Of a DNA stretch of 64,000 nucleotides, positions 9,385 to 18,675 are shown one piece after another. The notes below the pieces were generated by a model, which was not told where the DNA came from, did not search any database, and worked only from the letters and a program-made list of their open reading frames with translations. The position numbers were made by a program, and so were the translations under genes. The first letter of the stretch is position 1, and each line of letters starts with the position of its first letter. The DNA lies in the NCBI GenBank assembly GCA_963741955.1, contig CAVUKB010000006.1, forward strand, positions 480,002 to 544,001. The letters run 5' to 3'. The DNA comes from an uncultured Acidobacteriota bacterium (lineage in GTDB: Bacteria; Acidobacteriota; Thermoanaerobaculia; Gp7-AA8).

Positions 9385-9540
9385 GGTGACCTCCTTCTGG
9401 TCTAGTGATATAACTAGATACCACGGGACGAAAAAAAAGTCCAGAATTCCTGGACTTCCGCCCAACGACTCCGAGTTCCGCCAAACTCCAGTCCCAGGAC
9501 TCCGTCCTGGGCTATTGTCAGACGCCCCTACGGGGCTGCT

Positions 9541-9630
9541 CGCGATCCTCGATCCTCGATGCTTTTCAGATCCTCGATCCTCGATCCTCGATGCTTTTCA
9601 GATCCGCGATCTCAGATCTCAGATGCTTTT
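9541..9630 (-). repeat. Heptamer (GATCCTC) block with ATGCTTTTCAGA, inverted relative to 7164-7263
   Basis: Directly visible. It overlaps the stop codon of the wecA-like gene. Confidence 0.88.
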
Positions 9631-11510
9631 GCCATCTGCACGACCTCGGCGATGTGCCCACCCTCGGGAAAGCCCTCACTCCCCAGGGTCTCGAAATCCA
9701 TCCGGAACGTCCGCACCGTGCCGCCGACCTCGCCGCAGATCCACCGCAGCCGCGCCATCCGCTGCTCCGACACCTTCTCCGTCGCCACAACGATCCCCGT
9801 CGCCGTCCCTTTCGCCAGGAGCTCCACCACGTCCTCGACCGATCCGAGCACCGGGTACCCGTTCACCAGCTTCCCTCGCTTCGACGGATCGTCGTCCACG
9901 AATCCCACCGGCTTGAGTCCCACCTCGGGGTTCGCCAGCATCTCCCGCACCGCCATCGTTCCGCCGATCCCCGCGCCGTACACCAGCACCGGCTCGCCAC
10001 TCGCCATCGCCCTCCGGCTGACGTACGACAGAAGCCGATACGAAGACCTGACCCCGTTCACCAGTGCCAGGAGAACCAGGGCGTAGATCAGGAAGAGCGT
10101 CCGCGAAGGCATGTGCCCTCCGGTCAGCCAGGCCGCCGCGAACCCCGCCGCCGACGCGACCACCACCGCCTTCGACGAGCGCACCAGATCGTCCGCGCTC
10201 GCCATTCTCCACGTCCCGCGGTAGAGGCGGAAGAGGTAGAACACCACCAGGGTCACCGGCGGAAGGATCGTCACCAGCCCCGCTGCGAGCGGCCGGTATT
10301 GGGTGAACGCGAGATTTTCGTACTTCAGCACCATCGCGACCGCCAGCGCTGCGACCACCATCGCGAGATCGGTGAAGACGGCGAAGAGGCCGCTCTTGAG
10401 CACCGGCGAGTCGTAGATCCGCAGCACCACGCCGCGTTTCACGATCGCGAACTCGTCGTAGCCGAGTCTCCGCAATCCGATCAGCGATGCCGTCAGCAGC
10501 GTCACCAGAAGGAGCGCCGCCCCACGGTTGCTCATGAACACGGACGCGAAGCCGCAGGCCGCGAGAAGAACGCCCACCGCGTACAGAGTCAGCACCGCGC
10601 GCTGCTGGTTGAGGCCGAGCTCGAGCAGCCGGTGGTGGAAGTGCCGCCGGTCGGCATCGAACATCCCCGTCCCGCCGTCGGTCTCGAAGCGTCGCATCGC
10701 ACGCCGCGCCATCGCGATGAGCGTGTCGGCGATCGGAATCCCGAGCACCACCACCGGGATCAGGATCGCCATCCCGTTCGTGAGGGTCGAACCGCCGCGC
10801 AGCGCGAGGCAGGCGAGGTAGAAGCCGATCACCGTCGCGCCGGTGTCGCCGAGGAACACTCGGGCCGGATAGAGATTGAAGGGAAGGAAGCCGACCAGCG
10901 CTCCCGCGAGCACCACCGCCGCCATCGCCGTCGCATAGCGGCCGACGATCACCGAGACCGCCGCGAGGCTCACCGCAGAGATGAGGGCCAGGCCTGCAGA
11001 AAGCCCGTCGAGGCCGTCGATGAGATTGAACGCGTTCGTCACCCCGACGATCCAGAGGATCGAGAGGGGAATCGCGACCCATCCGAGATGGAGGGTCGAA
11101 CCGAAGACGTGGATGTCGGCGCCGAGCTGAAATCCGAGGAAGACAGCGGCCGTCGCCCCGAGAGCCTGCATGCCGAATCTCGTCGCCACTCGGACTCCGC
11201 GGACGTCGTCGAAGAACGACACCACCGCGATCGGGGCCATTCCGAGAATGAAGCCGAAGAGCACTCCCGGCTCGAAATGGTTCGGCGGCGCGAAGGGGAG
11301 AAACGAGAGCGCGGCGAGGAGGAGGAACGAAGCGAAGAGCACGGCGAGACCGCCGAGGCGCGGGATGGGACGGGTGTGCACCTTCCGCTCGCCCGGCTCG
11401 TCCATCGCGCCGACGCGGCGAGCGAGAAGAACGGTTACCGGAGTCAGCACCCAGCTCAGCGTCGCCGCGAGAAGGCCCGGGATGACCAGAATCAGAAGCT
11501 CACGAGTCAT
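9612..11510 (-). CDS. wecA: Undecaprenyl-phosphate GlcNAc-1-P transferase (MraY/WecA family) fused to a CapD-like N-terminal membrane + CoA-binding/Rossmann domain
   Basis: Motifs D.P.ERKVH..PIPRLGGLA, FFDD, TNAFNLIDGLDGL, FLPFNLYPARVFLGDTG and DRRHFHHRL. The C-terminus has LYRGTWR, VLVYGAGIGG and PVGFVDDDPSK. Confidence 0.9.
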   Translation of the reverse strand: MTRELLILVIPGLLAATLSWVLTPVTVLLARRVGAMDEPGERKVHTRPIPRLGGLAVLFASFLLLAALSFLPFAPPNHFEPGVLFGFILGMAPIAVVSFFDDVRGVRVATRFGMQALGATAAVFLGFQLGADIHVFGSTLHLGWVAIPLSILWIVGVTNAFNLIDGLDGLSAGLALISAVSLAAVSVIVGRYATAMAAVVLAGALVGFLPFNLYPARVFLGDTGATVIGFYLACLALRGGSTLTNGMAILIPVVVLGIPIADTLIAMARRAMRRFETDGGTGMFDADRRHFHHRLLELGLNQQRAVLTLYAVGVLLAACGFASVFMSNRGAALLLVTLLTASLIGLRRLGYDEFAIVKRGVVLRIYDSPVLKSGLFAVFTDLAMVVAALAVAMVLKYENLAFTQYRPLAAGLVTILPPVTLVVFYLFRLYRGTWRMASADDLVRSSKAVVVASAAGFAAAWLTGGHMPSRTLFLIYALVLLALVNGVRSSYRLLSYVSRRAMASGEPVLVYGAGIGGTMAVREMLANPEVGLKPVGFVDDDPSKRGKLVNGYPVLGSVEDVVELLAKGTATGIVVATEKVSEQRMARLRWICGEVGGTVRTFRMDFETLGSEGFPEGGHIAEVVQMAKASEI

Positions 11511-11762
11511 AAGTCACTCAACGTCGTCATCGCGGGGCGGTGCGATTCACATTTGCGCGAATTGCGTGATTTGCGCGATTTGGATCTCGGCCGGTCGAGG
11601 GTCATCAGACGGAGAGGAACGACGCGAATTTCCGCGGCTCCGGTCCTCGGTTCGCTTCCGCGACCTCGACCTCCCCGCAACATACTCGTCTCTCCCGCCA
11701 CACGCGACCCCCGAATAGGGTACATGAGCGCTCAGTGTGCGCCCTTTTTCGATCAGGTATGT

Positions 11763-11778
11763 ACTATCTTTCGATAGG
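11763..11778. promoter_or_regulatory. Candidate palindromic operator CTATC-N4-GATAG upstream of wecA
   Basis: Perfect dyad. A near-identical copy lies at 7109-7124. Confidence 0.4.
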
Positions 11779-11849
11779 AAGGGTGGACCTGCGTTCGTTC
11801 AGCTCCGGCAGCATTCTGTCGTCAGGAAGGCACGCGCTTCACACGAGTT

Positions 11850-13909
11850 CAATTGCGCGATTTGCGCGATTTGCCATGAATCGGACCGGCGTTTTCGGCT
11901 CCGGACGATTCGCGCCGGCGCGCGACCTTCCCATGAACACGATTTCATTTGCGCGATTTGAAAAACGGGAGGTCTCTTTTCAAATCGCGCAATTGAAATC
12001 ATGGCCGAAGCCTTTTCTCTCTCGATCCGCGCCACTCATCCCTGCCAAGACACCCGATCAACTCAGAGCAAATCGCGCAATTGAAATCATGGCCGAAGCC
12101 CGCTCCCCTTCGATCCACCCCACCCGTCCCTGCCAACACACGCGCTCAATTCATAGCAAATCCCCTCACCGAAGCCACTACCCTCTCGATCGACTCCACT
12201 TTTCCCTGCCAACCCGATCTCATTTGCTATGGATGCGCGGGCGCTCAGCTTCGGCACGTTTCCACCGGCCGGACCGGACGCGCTCCAACGCGATTTCATT
12301 TGCGCGATTTGCCATGGATCGGACGGGTGCTTTCGGCGGCGGCGACTCTCGCGAGCGCACGAGCTTCCCATGAACACGATTTCATTTGCGCGATTTGAGA
12401 ACCGAGCGTTGGTTTTCAAATCGCGCAATTGAAATCACGACCGAAGCCCCCTCCCCCTCGATCCACGGCACCCATCCCTGCCAAGACACCCGATCAACTC
12501 AGAGCAAATCGCGCAAATGAAATCATGGCCGAAGCCCGCTCCCCTTCGATCCACCCCACCCGTCCCTGCCAACACACGCGCTCAATTCATAGCAAATCCC
12601 CTCACCGAAGCCACTACCCTCTCGATCGACTCCACTTTTCCCTGCCAACCCGATCTCATTTGCTATGGATGCGCGGGCGCTCAGCTTCGGCACGTTTCCA
12701 CCGGCCGGACCGGACGCGCTCCAACGCGATTTCATTTGCGCGATTTGCCATGGATCGGACCGGCGTTTTCGGCTCCGGACGATTCGCGCCGGCGCGCGAC
12801 TTTCCCATGAACACGATTTCATTTGCGCGATTTGAAAAACGGGAGGTCTCTTTTCAAATCGCGCAATTGAAATCACGACCGAAGCCCCCTCCCCCTCGAT
12901 CCACGGCACCCATCCCTGCCAAGACACCCGATCAACTCATAGCAAATCGCGCAAATGAAATCATGGCCGAAGCCCGCTCCCCCTCGATCGACTCCACTCT
13001 TCCCTGCCAAGACACCCGACCAACCCATAGCAAATCGCCTCTCCGAAGCCACTACCCTCTCGATCGACTCCACTTTTCCCTGCCAACCCGATCTCATTTG
13101 CTATGGATGCGCGGGCGCTCAGCTCCGGCACGTTTCCTCGCGGCCGGACCGGACACGCTCCAACGCGATTTCATTTGCGCGATTTGCCGTGGATCGGACC
13201 GGCGTTTTCGGCTCCGGACGATTCGCGCCGGCGCGCGACCTTCCCATGAACACGATTTCATTTGCGCGACATAAACCGACGCTCGGTTCTCAAATCGCGC
13301 AATTGAAATCATGGCCGAAGCCCCCTCCGCTTCGATCCACGCCACTCATCCCTGCCAAGACACCCGATCAACTCATAGCAAATCGCGCAATTGAAATCAC
13401 GACCGAAGCCACTACCCTCTCGATCGACTCCACTCTTCCCTGCCAAGACACCCGACCAACCCATAGCAAATCGCCTCTCCGAAGCCACTACCCTCTCGAT
13501 CGACTCCACTTTTCCCTGCCAACCCGATCTCATTTGCTATGGATGCGCGGGCGCTCAGCTTCGGCACGTTTCCACCGGCCGGACCGGACGCGCTCCAACG
13601 CGATTTCATTTGCGCGATTTGCCATGGATCGGACGGGTGCTTTCAGCGGCGGCGACTCTCGCGAGCGCACGAGCTTCCCATGAACACGATTTCATTTGCG
13701 CGATATAAACCGACGCTCGGTTCTCAAATCGCGCAATTGAAATCATGGCCGAAGCCCCCTCCGCTTCGATCCACGCCACTCATCCCTGCCAAGACACCCG
13801 ATCAACTCATAGCAAATCGCGCAAATGAAATCATGGCCGAAGCCCGCTCCCCTTCGATCCACCCTACCCGTCCCTGCCAACACACGCGCTCAATTCATAG
13901 CAAATCCCC
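11850..13909. repeat. Core-motif array A1 (higher-order unit about 436 bp)
   Basis: About 20 copies of GATTTCATTTGCGCGATTT or its reverse complement. Recurring ORF-track starts at 12081, 12517, 12955, 13391 and 13825 give the period. Confidence 0.95.
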
Positions 13910-15091
13910 TCACCCCCGTTTCCGCCTCAGCATCTTCACCCCTCCCTCGATGCCGCGACGGAAGTAGAGCCAGGGGACGAGGACGGCGTGCCTGGTGCGG
14001 AACTTGTCCATCATGTAACGCGGGGAGGGGAACGCGACGCCGCGGAGGAACGCGACGCGGTCGCCCGCCGGCTGGGTCCGCAGCTCGTGAAGAAGATCGC
14101 CGAAGCCTCGCCGTCCGATCCGGACGTAACGCGCGGTGACGTCCGTCGCGACCGACTCGAGCATCCCGAGCTCGTCGCCGCCGATCTTTGTTCCGAACAA
14201 CTTCGCCGTCTTCTCGACGCCGCTCTTCACCGCTGCGGAGACTTCCTTCGCCCTTGCCCGTGCGAAGCACTCCGCACGTTCTTCGCGGGACATCGCGCCG
14301 AGGAGGAGATGGATGTCGTAGAGCCAGATCAGGCGGTCCGACTCGTCGTGGTGTGCGGAGCGGTGGATCGCCGCGTGGATCAGCGCGTCGCTGCGCGAGA
14401 GAGCGCGTGCGGAAGCGCCGAGGCGCGGCACCGGAATGGATCGCCCCCAGAGCCCGCCGAAGACGAAGCGGTCGCGCAGGTCGGCACGGTTGGCGAGCGC
14501 CCAGTGGAGGTCGATGGTGTGGCGCATCCCCGCCGGCCCCTTCTTCAGGTACGGCCGCTCCCGCATCTGGACGTCGGGAACGCCATCCGTCGGCAGCGGC
14601 TCGTAACCGCTCGCGACGAGCACTTCGTGCAGCGCGTCGAGATCCTCCGGGCCGACCAGGAGATCCGTATCCCCGCGGGGGCGAAGGTGCGGCGACGGAT
14701 AGAGCGTGTGGGCGAGCGCCGCTCCCTTCAGCAGGAGGACGTCGATCCGCGCTTCGCCGATCGCGCCGAGGAGCTCCATCAGCTCGCTCTGCTGCAGCAC
14801 CTCGCGGACTGCAGCGTTGCGGGAGCGTTTGCGCAACTCAGTGCGGATCGGGTGATCCGTCTCCCGGGGAAATTCGAGGCGGGCGTGATTCGAAGCGAGC
14901 AGCTCCGTCACTCCGTGTTGCTCGACCAGCTTCACCCAAGGCTCGACATCTGCCGGGGTGAGATCGAAACGGACCTTCGCCTCACCGGCGATGGCCTTCG
15001 CGACTTTCGGGACGATTTCCGAAGAGCTCAAGACAGCTTCCTCCTCGGCGTGCCCCCTCCACGTCGAAAACAGTTTCTTAAGGCGGAACAT
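13910..15091 (-). CDS. Nucleotidyltransferase family protein (NTP_transf_5-like)
   Basis: Motifs LLLKGAALAHTLYP.P.LRPRGDTDLLV, IDLHW and RLIWLYDIHLL. Confidence 0.85.
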   Translation of the reverse strand: MFRLKKLFSTWRGHAEEEAVLSSSEIVPKVAKAIAGEAKVRFDLTPADVEPWVKLVEQHGVTELLASNHARLEFPRETDHPIRTELRKRSRNAAVREVLQQSELMELLGAIGEARIDVLLLKGAALAHTLYPSPHLRPRGDTDLLVGPEDLDALHEVLVASGYEPLPTDGVPDVQMRERPYLKKGPAGMRHTIDLHWALANRADLRDRFVFGGLWGRSIPVPRLGASARALSRSDALIHAAIHRSAHHDESDRLIWLYDIHLLLGAMSREERAECFARARAKEVSAAVKSGVEKTAKLFGTKIGGDELGMLESVATDVTARYVRIGRRGFGDLLHELRTQPAGDRVAFLRGVAFPSPRYMMDKFRTRHAVLVPWLYFRRGIEGGVKMLRRKRG

Positions 15092-15170
15092 GAGTTGTGA
15101 ATCTCGGGTGGTTGTCCGGCGGGCGGGTCGGGCAGAGGCGAGAGTCTACCATCTCCGCCGCCCGCCCGCC

Positions 15171-16408
15171 CATTTGCGCGATTTGCGCGAATGAGGCGAT
15201 TTGCTATGGGTCGGTCGAGTGTTCTGACAGGGATGAGTGGCGTGGGTTGAAGAAAACGGGCTTTGGTGATGATTTCATTTGCGCGATTTGCTATGGGTTG
15301 GTCGGGTGTCCTGGCAGGGATGGGTTCGGTAGCTCGAGCGGGCAGCGGCTCCGGTCATGATTTCATCTGCGCGATTTGAAAAACAACCCAGGTTTCTAAA
15401 TCGCGCAAATGAAATCGTGTTGGAGGCCGTCCCGTCCGACCACGAGGAACCTGCCGAAGCCGAGCGCGCCTGAATCCATGGCAAATGACCCGATTTGCTA
15501 TGGGTTGATCCGCTGTCCTGGCAGGCATGGGCCTGGCAACTCGAGCGGGCAGCGGCTCCGGTGGTGATTTCATTTGCGCGATTTGAAAAACAACCCAGGT
15601 TTCTAAATCGCGCAAATGAAATCGTGTTCGCGAGGTGACTGTGCGGTTGCCGCAATTCTCCGCCACCGAAAGCGCCCGTCCGCTCCATGGCAAATCGCGC
15701 AAATGAAATCGTGTTGGAGGCCGTCCCGTCCGACCACGAGGAACCTGCCGAAGCCGAGCGCGCCTGAATCCATGGCAAATGACGTGGGTTTGCTATGGGT
15801 TGATCCGCTGTCCTGGTAGGCATGGGCCTGGCAACTCGAGCGGGCAGCGGCTTCGGTCATGATTTCATTTGCGCGATTTGAAAAACAACCCAGGTTTCTA
15901 AATCGCGCAAATGAAATCGTGTTCGCGAGGTGACTGTGCGGTTGCCGCAATTCTCCGCCACCGAAAGCGCCCGTCCGCTCCATGGCAAATCGCGCAAATG
16001 AAATCGTGTTGGAGGCCGTCCCGTCCGACCACGAGGAACCTGCCGAAGCCGAGCGCGCCTGAATCCATGGCAAATGACGCGATTTGCTATGGGTTGATCC
16101 GCTGTCCTGGCAGGCATGGGCCTGGCAACTCGAGCGGGCAGCGGCTTCGGTCATGATTTCATTTGCGCGATTTGAAAAACAACCCAGGTTTCTAAATCGC
16201 GCAAATGAAATCGTGTTCGCGAGGTGACTGTGCGGTTGCCGCAACTCTCCGCCACCGAAAGCGCCCGTCCGCTCCATGGCAAATCGCGCAAATGAAATCG
16301 CGTTGGAGCCCGTCCGGTCCGACCACGAGGAACCTGCCGAAGCCGAGCGCGCCTGAATCCATGGCAAATGACGTGGGTTTGCTATGGGTTGATCCGCTGT
16401 CCTGGCAG
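15171..16408. repeat. Core-motif array A2 (unit about 295 bp)
   Basis: Equivalent positions at 15616, 15911 and 16205. Each unit contains a convergent core pair. Confidence 0.95.
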
Positions 16409-16507
16409 GTAGCCGTGCACGGCAAGCGCGGAGGCGCCGACCAAACAGAAGGAAACTCCGATCTCCTCGAGCACGGTCGCGACGTTCGCGGCGAGACTCG
16501 CCGTCAC
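16382..16507 (-). pseudogene. Truncated minimal nucleotidyltransferase (N-terminal 33 aa only)
   Basis: A GTG overlapping the previous stop gives MTASLAANVATVLEEIGVSFCLVGASALAVHGY. The sequence then switches abruptly at 16408 to array sequence, before the expected R.T.D.D catalytic motif. Confidence 0.7.
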
Positions 16508-16701
16508 CGGTTCCTCCGCCGATCGCGACTCGCCTCGATTCTCCGAAGCGCCTCGGTTCGATCGATGCGCTGCGCCGCCATGAGGATCTCGAGCTGCCGC
16601 TCACCGAGCTCCAGCGCTCTCGCGAACCGCTCGGCGGGCGAGAACCGCAGATCTTCCTCGACTCGCATCGTTCGGACCCGTCGGGCGATGTTCGATTGCA
16701 T
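16504..16701 (-). CDS. Small helical hypothetical protein, probable partner of the nucleotidyltransferase
   Basis: 65 aa, containing SPAERFARALEL. It is translationally coupled (GTGA) to the truncated NTase. Confidence 0.65.
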   Translation of the reverse strand: MQSNIARRVRTMRVEEDLRFSPAERFARALELGERQLEILMAAQRIDRTEALRRIEASRDRRRNR

Positions 16702-16936
16702 CAGACTATTATGCCCATTTCGGATTGCGGATTTCGGATTCGTCTCGCGCGGGAGCGTACGAGCATCAGAGAAGAAAGTGCGCGAAACCCGGCTCGCGAG
16801 AGAATAGTCTTCTGCATGTCACCCGGCGGACGCATAAAATTCACCAAATCAACCGCTCGCGAGAACATTCATGCGACCGGGACGGTCGCACCACCCCGCT
16901 CCGCGCTCCACCACACTCTCTGTCTTCCTCGCCCCT

Positions 16937-17224
16937 CGGCAGACCGTCCCCCGCTCCTCAAATCGCGCAAATGAAACCGTGTTCGTGATGTGCCGGTGCG
17001 TCCGCTCGAATCGCCGCCACCCAAAGCGCTCGTCCGATCCATATGCAAATCGCGCAAATGAAATCACGGCAGAATCCGCGCCCCTGAACAATCCACTTCG
17101 GTGCCATCCCAAAACGCCCGTGCACCCGGACGCAAATCCAATCCCCAGATCCACGATCCGCGCGTGGCGGACCGGACTCCACCGAGACCGTCCCCCGCTC
17201 CTCAAATCGCGCAAATCGCGCAAG
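16937..17224. repeat. Core-motif array A3, left part
   Basis: AGACCGTCCCCCGCTCCTCAAATCGCGCAAAT at about 16941 and 17185. The same modules occur in 17932-18618. Confidence 0.9.
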
Positions 17225-17277
17225 TCCGTGGAAGCCACCCCGCGCCGGTCCGGCCCATTCTGCTACTCTTGCCGCTC

Positions 17278-17562
17278 ATGGAATGTGGTCGGATCGTATT
17301 CAGCAGGCACGCGGTCCAGCGGATGTTCGAGCGCTCGTTTGCGATTCCGGACGTGCGCGGCGTGCTCGAACATGGCGAGCTCATTGAAGATTATCCCGAC
17401 GCGACGCCGTACCCGAGCCGGCTTCTCCTGGGCTGGACGCCGGATCGCCGCCCGCTTCACGTCGTGGTGGGGCGGAATCCCGAAGCGGTCTGTTTTGTCG
17501 TGACAGTGTACGAGCCTGACTCGGCCTTCTGGGCCGACGAGTTTCGGCGGAGGAAACGATGA
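17278..17562 (+). CDS. DUF4258-family protein (putative toxin-like RNase fold)
   Basis: FSRHAVQRMFER...GELIEDYPDATPYPSRLLLG...RPLHVVV...VVTVYEPD...W...FRRR. Confidence 0.88.
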   Translation: MECGRIVFSRHAVQRMFERSFAIPDVRGVLEHGELIEDYPDATPYPSRLLLGWTPDRRPLHVVVGRNPEAVCFVVTVYEPDSAFWADEFRRRKR

Positions 17563-17783
17563 TTTGCGCGATCTGTCGAAGTGAAGCGATCTCCGGGGGT
17601 ACGACCACGGTGACGCTGCAGCGCGGCGAGACGACGGTGGTGATTAAAGAAACTCCCGCCGAGATCTGCGGGGATTGCGGAGAGTACTACCTGGCCGAGG
17701 AAGTCGCCACTCGCGTGCTGGAGCAGGCCGAATCGGCCGCGCGGCGGCACGCCGAAGTCGAGATTATCCGGTACGCGGCGTAG
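17559..17783 (+). CDS. YgiT-type zinc-finger protein (MqsA N-domain-like antitoxin)
   Basis: MICAIC...GTTTVTLQRGETTVVIKETPAEICGDCGEYY, with an ATGA overlap with the DUF4258 gene. Confidence 0.88.
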   Translation: MICAICRSEAISGGTTTVTLQRGETTVVIKETPAEICGDCGEYYLAEEVATRVLEQAESAARRHAEVEIIRYAA

Positions 17784-17931
17784 TGACGGCCACCCGGTTT
17801 CCGAAGTCCGACTTGAAACGGAGCGCCCCGTGGCCCGACCGTCCCGGTCGGCACGGCGAGCCGCCCACTTCGAAACCCGCTCCGCGCTCATCCACAAGTC
17901 CGCTCTTCCTCGCGTATAACTCGATCTCCGC

Positions 17932-18618
17932 GGCAGACCGTCCCCCGCTCCTCAAATCGCGCAAATGAAATCACGGCAGAATCCGCGCCCCCGAACAATC
18001 CACTTCGGTGCCATCCCGAAACGCCCGTGCACCCGGACGCAAATCCCGCAAATCAGGCGCTCCGTCGTCCTCGCGTCCAACACGATTCACCGCGGCGGAT
18101 CCCGCAGCGCGGGATCCGCACCCCCCACCAGACCCTCCTCGGCCTCTCAAATCGCGCAAATGAAACCGTGTTCGTGATGGGCCGGCGCGTCCGCTCGAAT
18201 CGCCGCCACCCAAAGCGCTCGTCCGATCCATATGCAAATCGCGCAAATCAAATCACGGCAGAATCCGCGCCCCTGAACAATCCACTTCGGTGCCATCCCA
18301 ACACGCCCGTGCACCCGGACGCAAATCCCGCAAATCAGGCGCTCCGTCGTCCTCGCGTCCAACACGATTCACCGCGGCGGATCCCGCAGCGCGGGATCCG
18401 CACCCCCCACCAGACCCTCCTCGGCCTCTCAAATCGCGCAAATGAAACCGTGTTCGTGATGTGCCGGTGCGTCCGCTCGAATCGCCGCCACCCAAAGCGC
18501 TCGTCCGATCCATATGCAAATCGCGCAAATGAAATCACGGCAGAATTCGCGCCCCTGAACAATCCACTTCGGTGCCATCCCAACACGCCCGTGCACCCGG
18601 ACGCAAATCCCGCAAATC
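17932..18618. repeat. Core-motif array A3, right part (unit 282 bp)
   Basis: Near-identical ORF-track peptides at 17971-18246 and 18253-18528. It contains the GGCGGATCCCGCAGCGCGGGATCCGCACCC hairpin. Confidence 0.93.
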
Positions 18619-18631
18619 CTCCCCTCCGACA

Positions 18632-18675
18632 CCAGATAACCGATAATAGATAATAGATAACAGATCTCAGATAAC
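18632..18675. repeat. Heptamer run (CAGATAA/TAGATAA) at the fcl stop
   Basis: cagataa ccgataa tagataa tagataa cagatct cagataa. Confidence 0.85.

Larger units (their letters stand above)
7689..9491 (-). mobile_element. Insertion sequence (IS4 superfamily/IS701-like DDE), 1803 bp, with a 21-bp flanking direct repeat
   Basis: Terminal IRs CTGGAGTTTGGCG / CGCCAAACTCCAG. The sequence TCCCAGGACTCCGTCCTGGGC is present at both 7668-7688 and 9492-9512. The element encodes a DDE transposase plus a small upstream ORF. Confidence 0.92.

Noticed and set aside
16382-18618. Classical integron cassette array
   Set aside because: No tyrosine integrase and no RYYYAAC...GTTRRRY attC structure is recognisable around the small genes.
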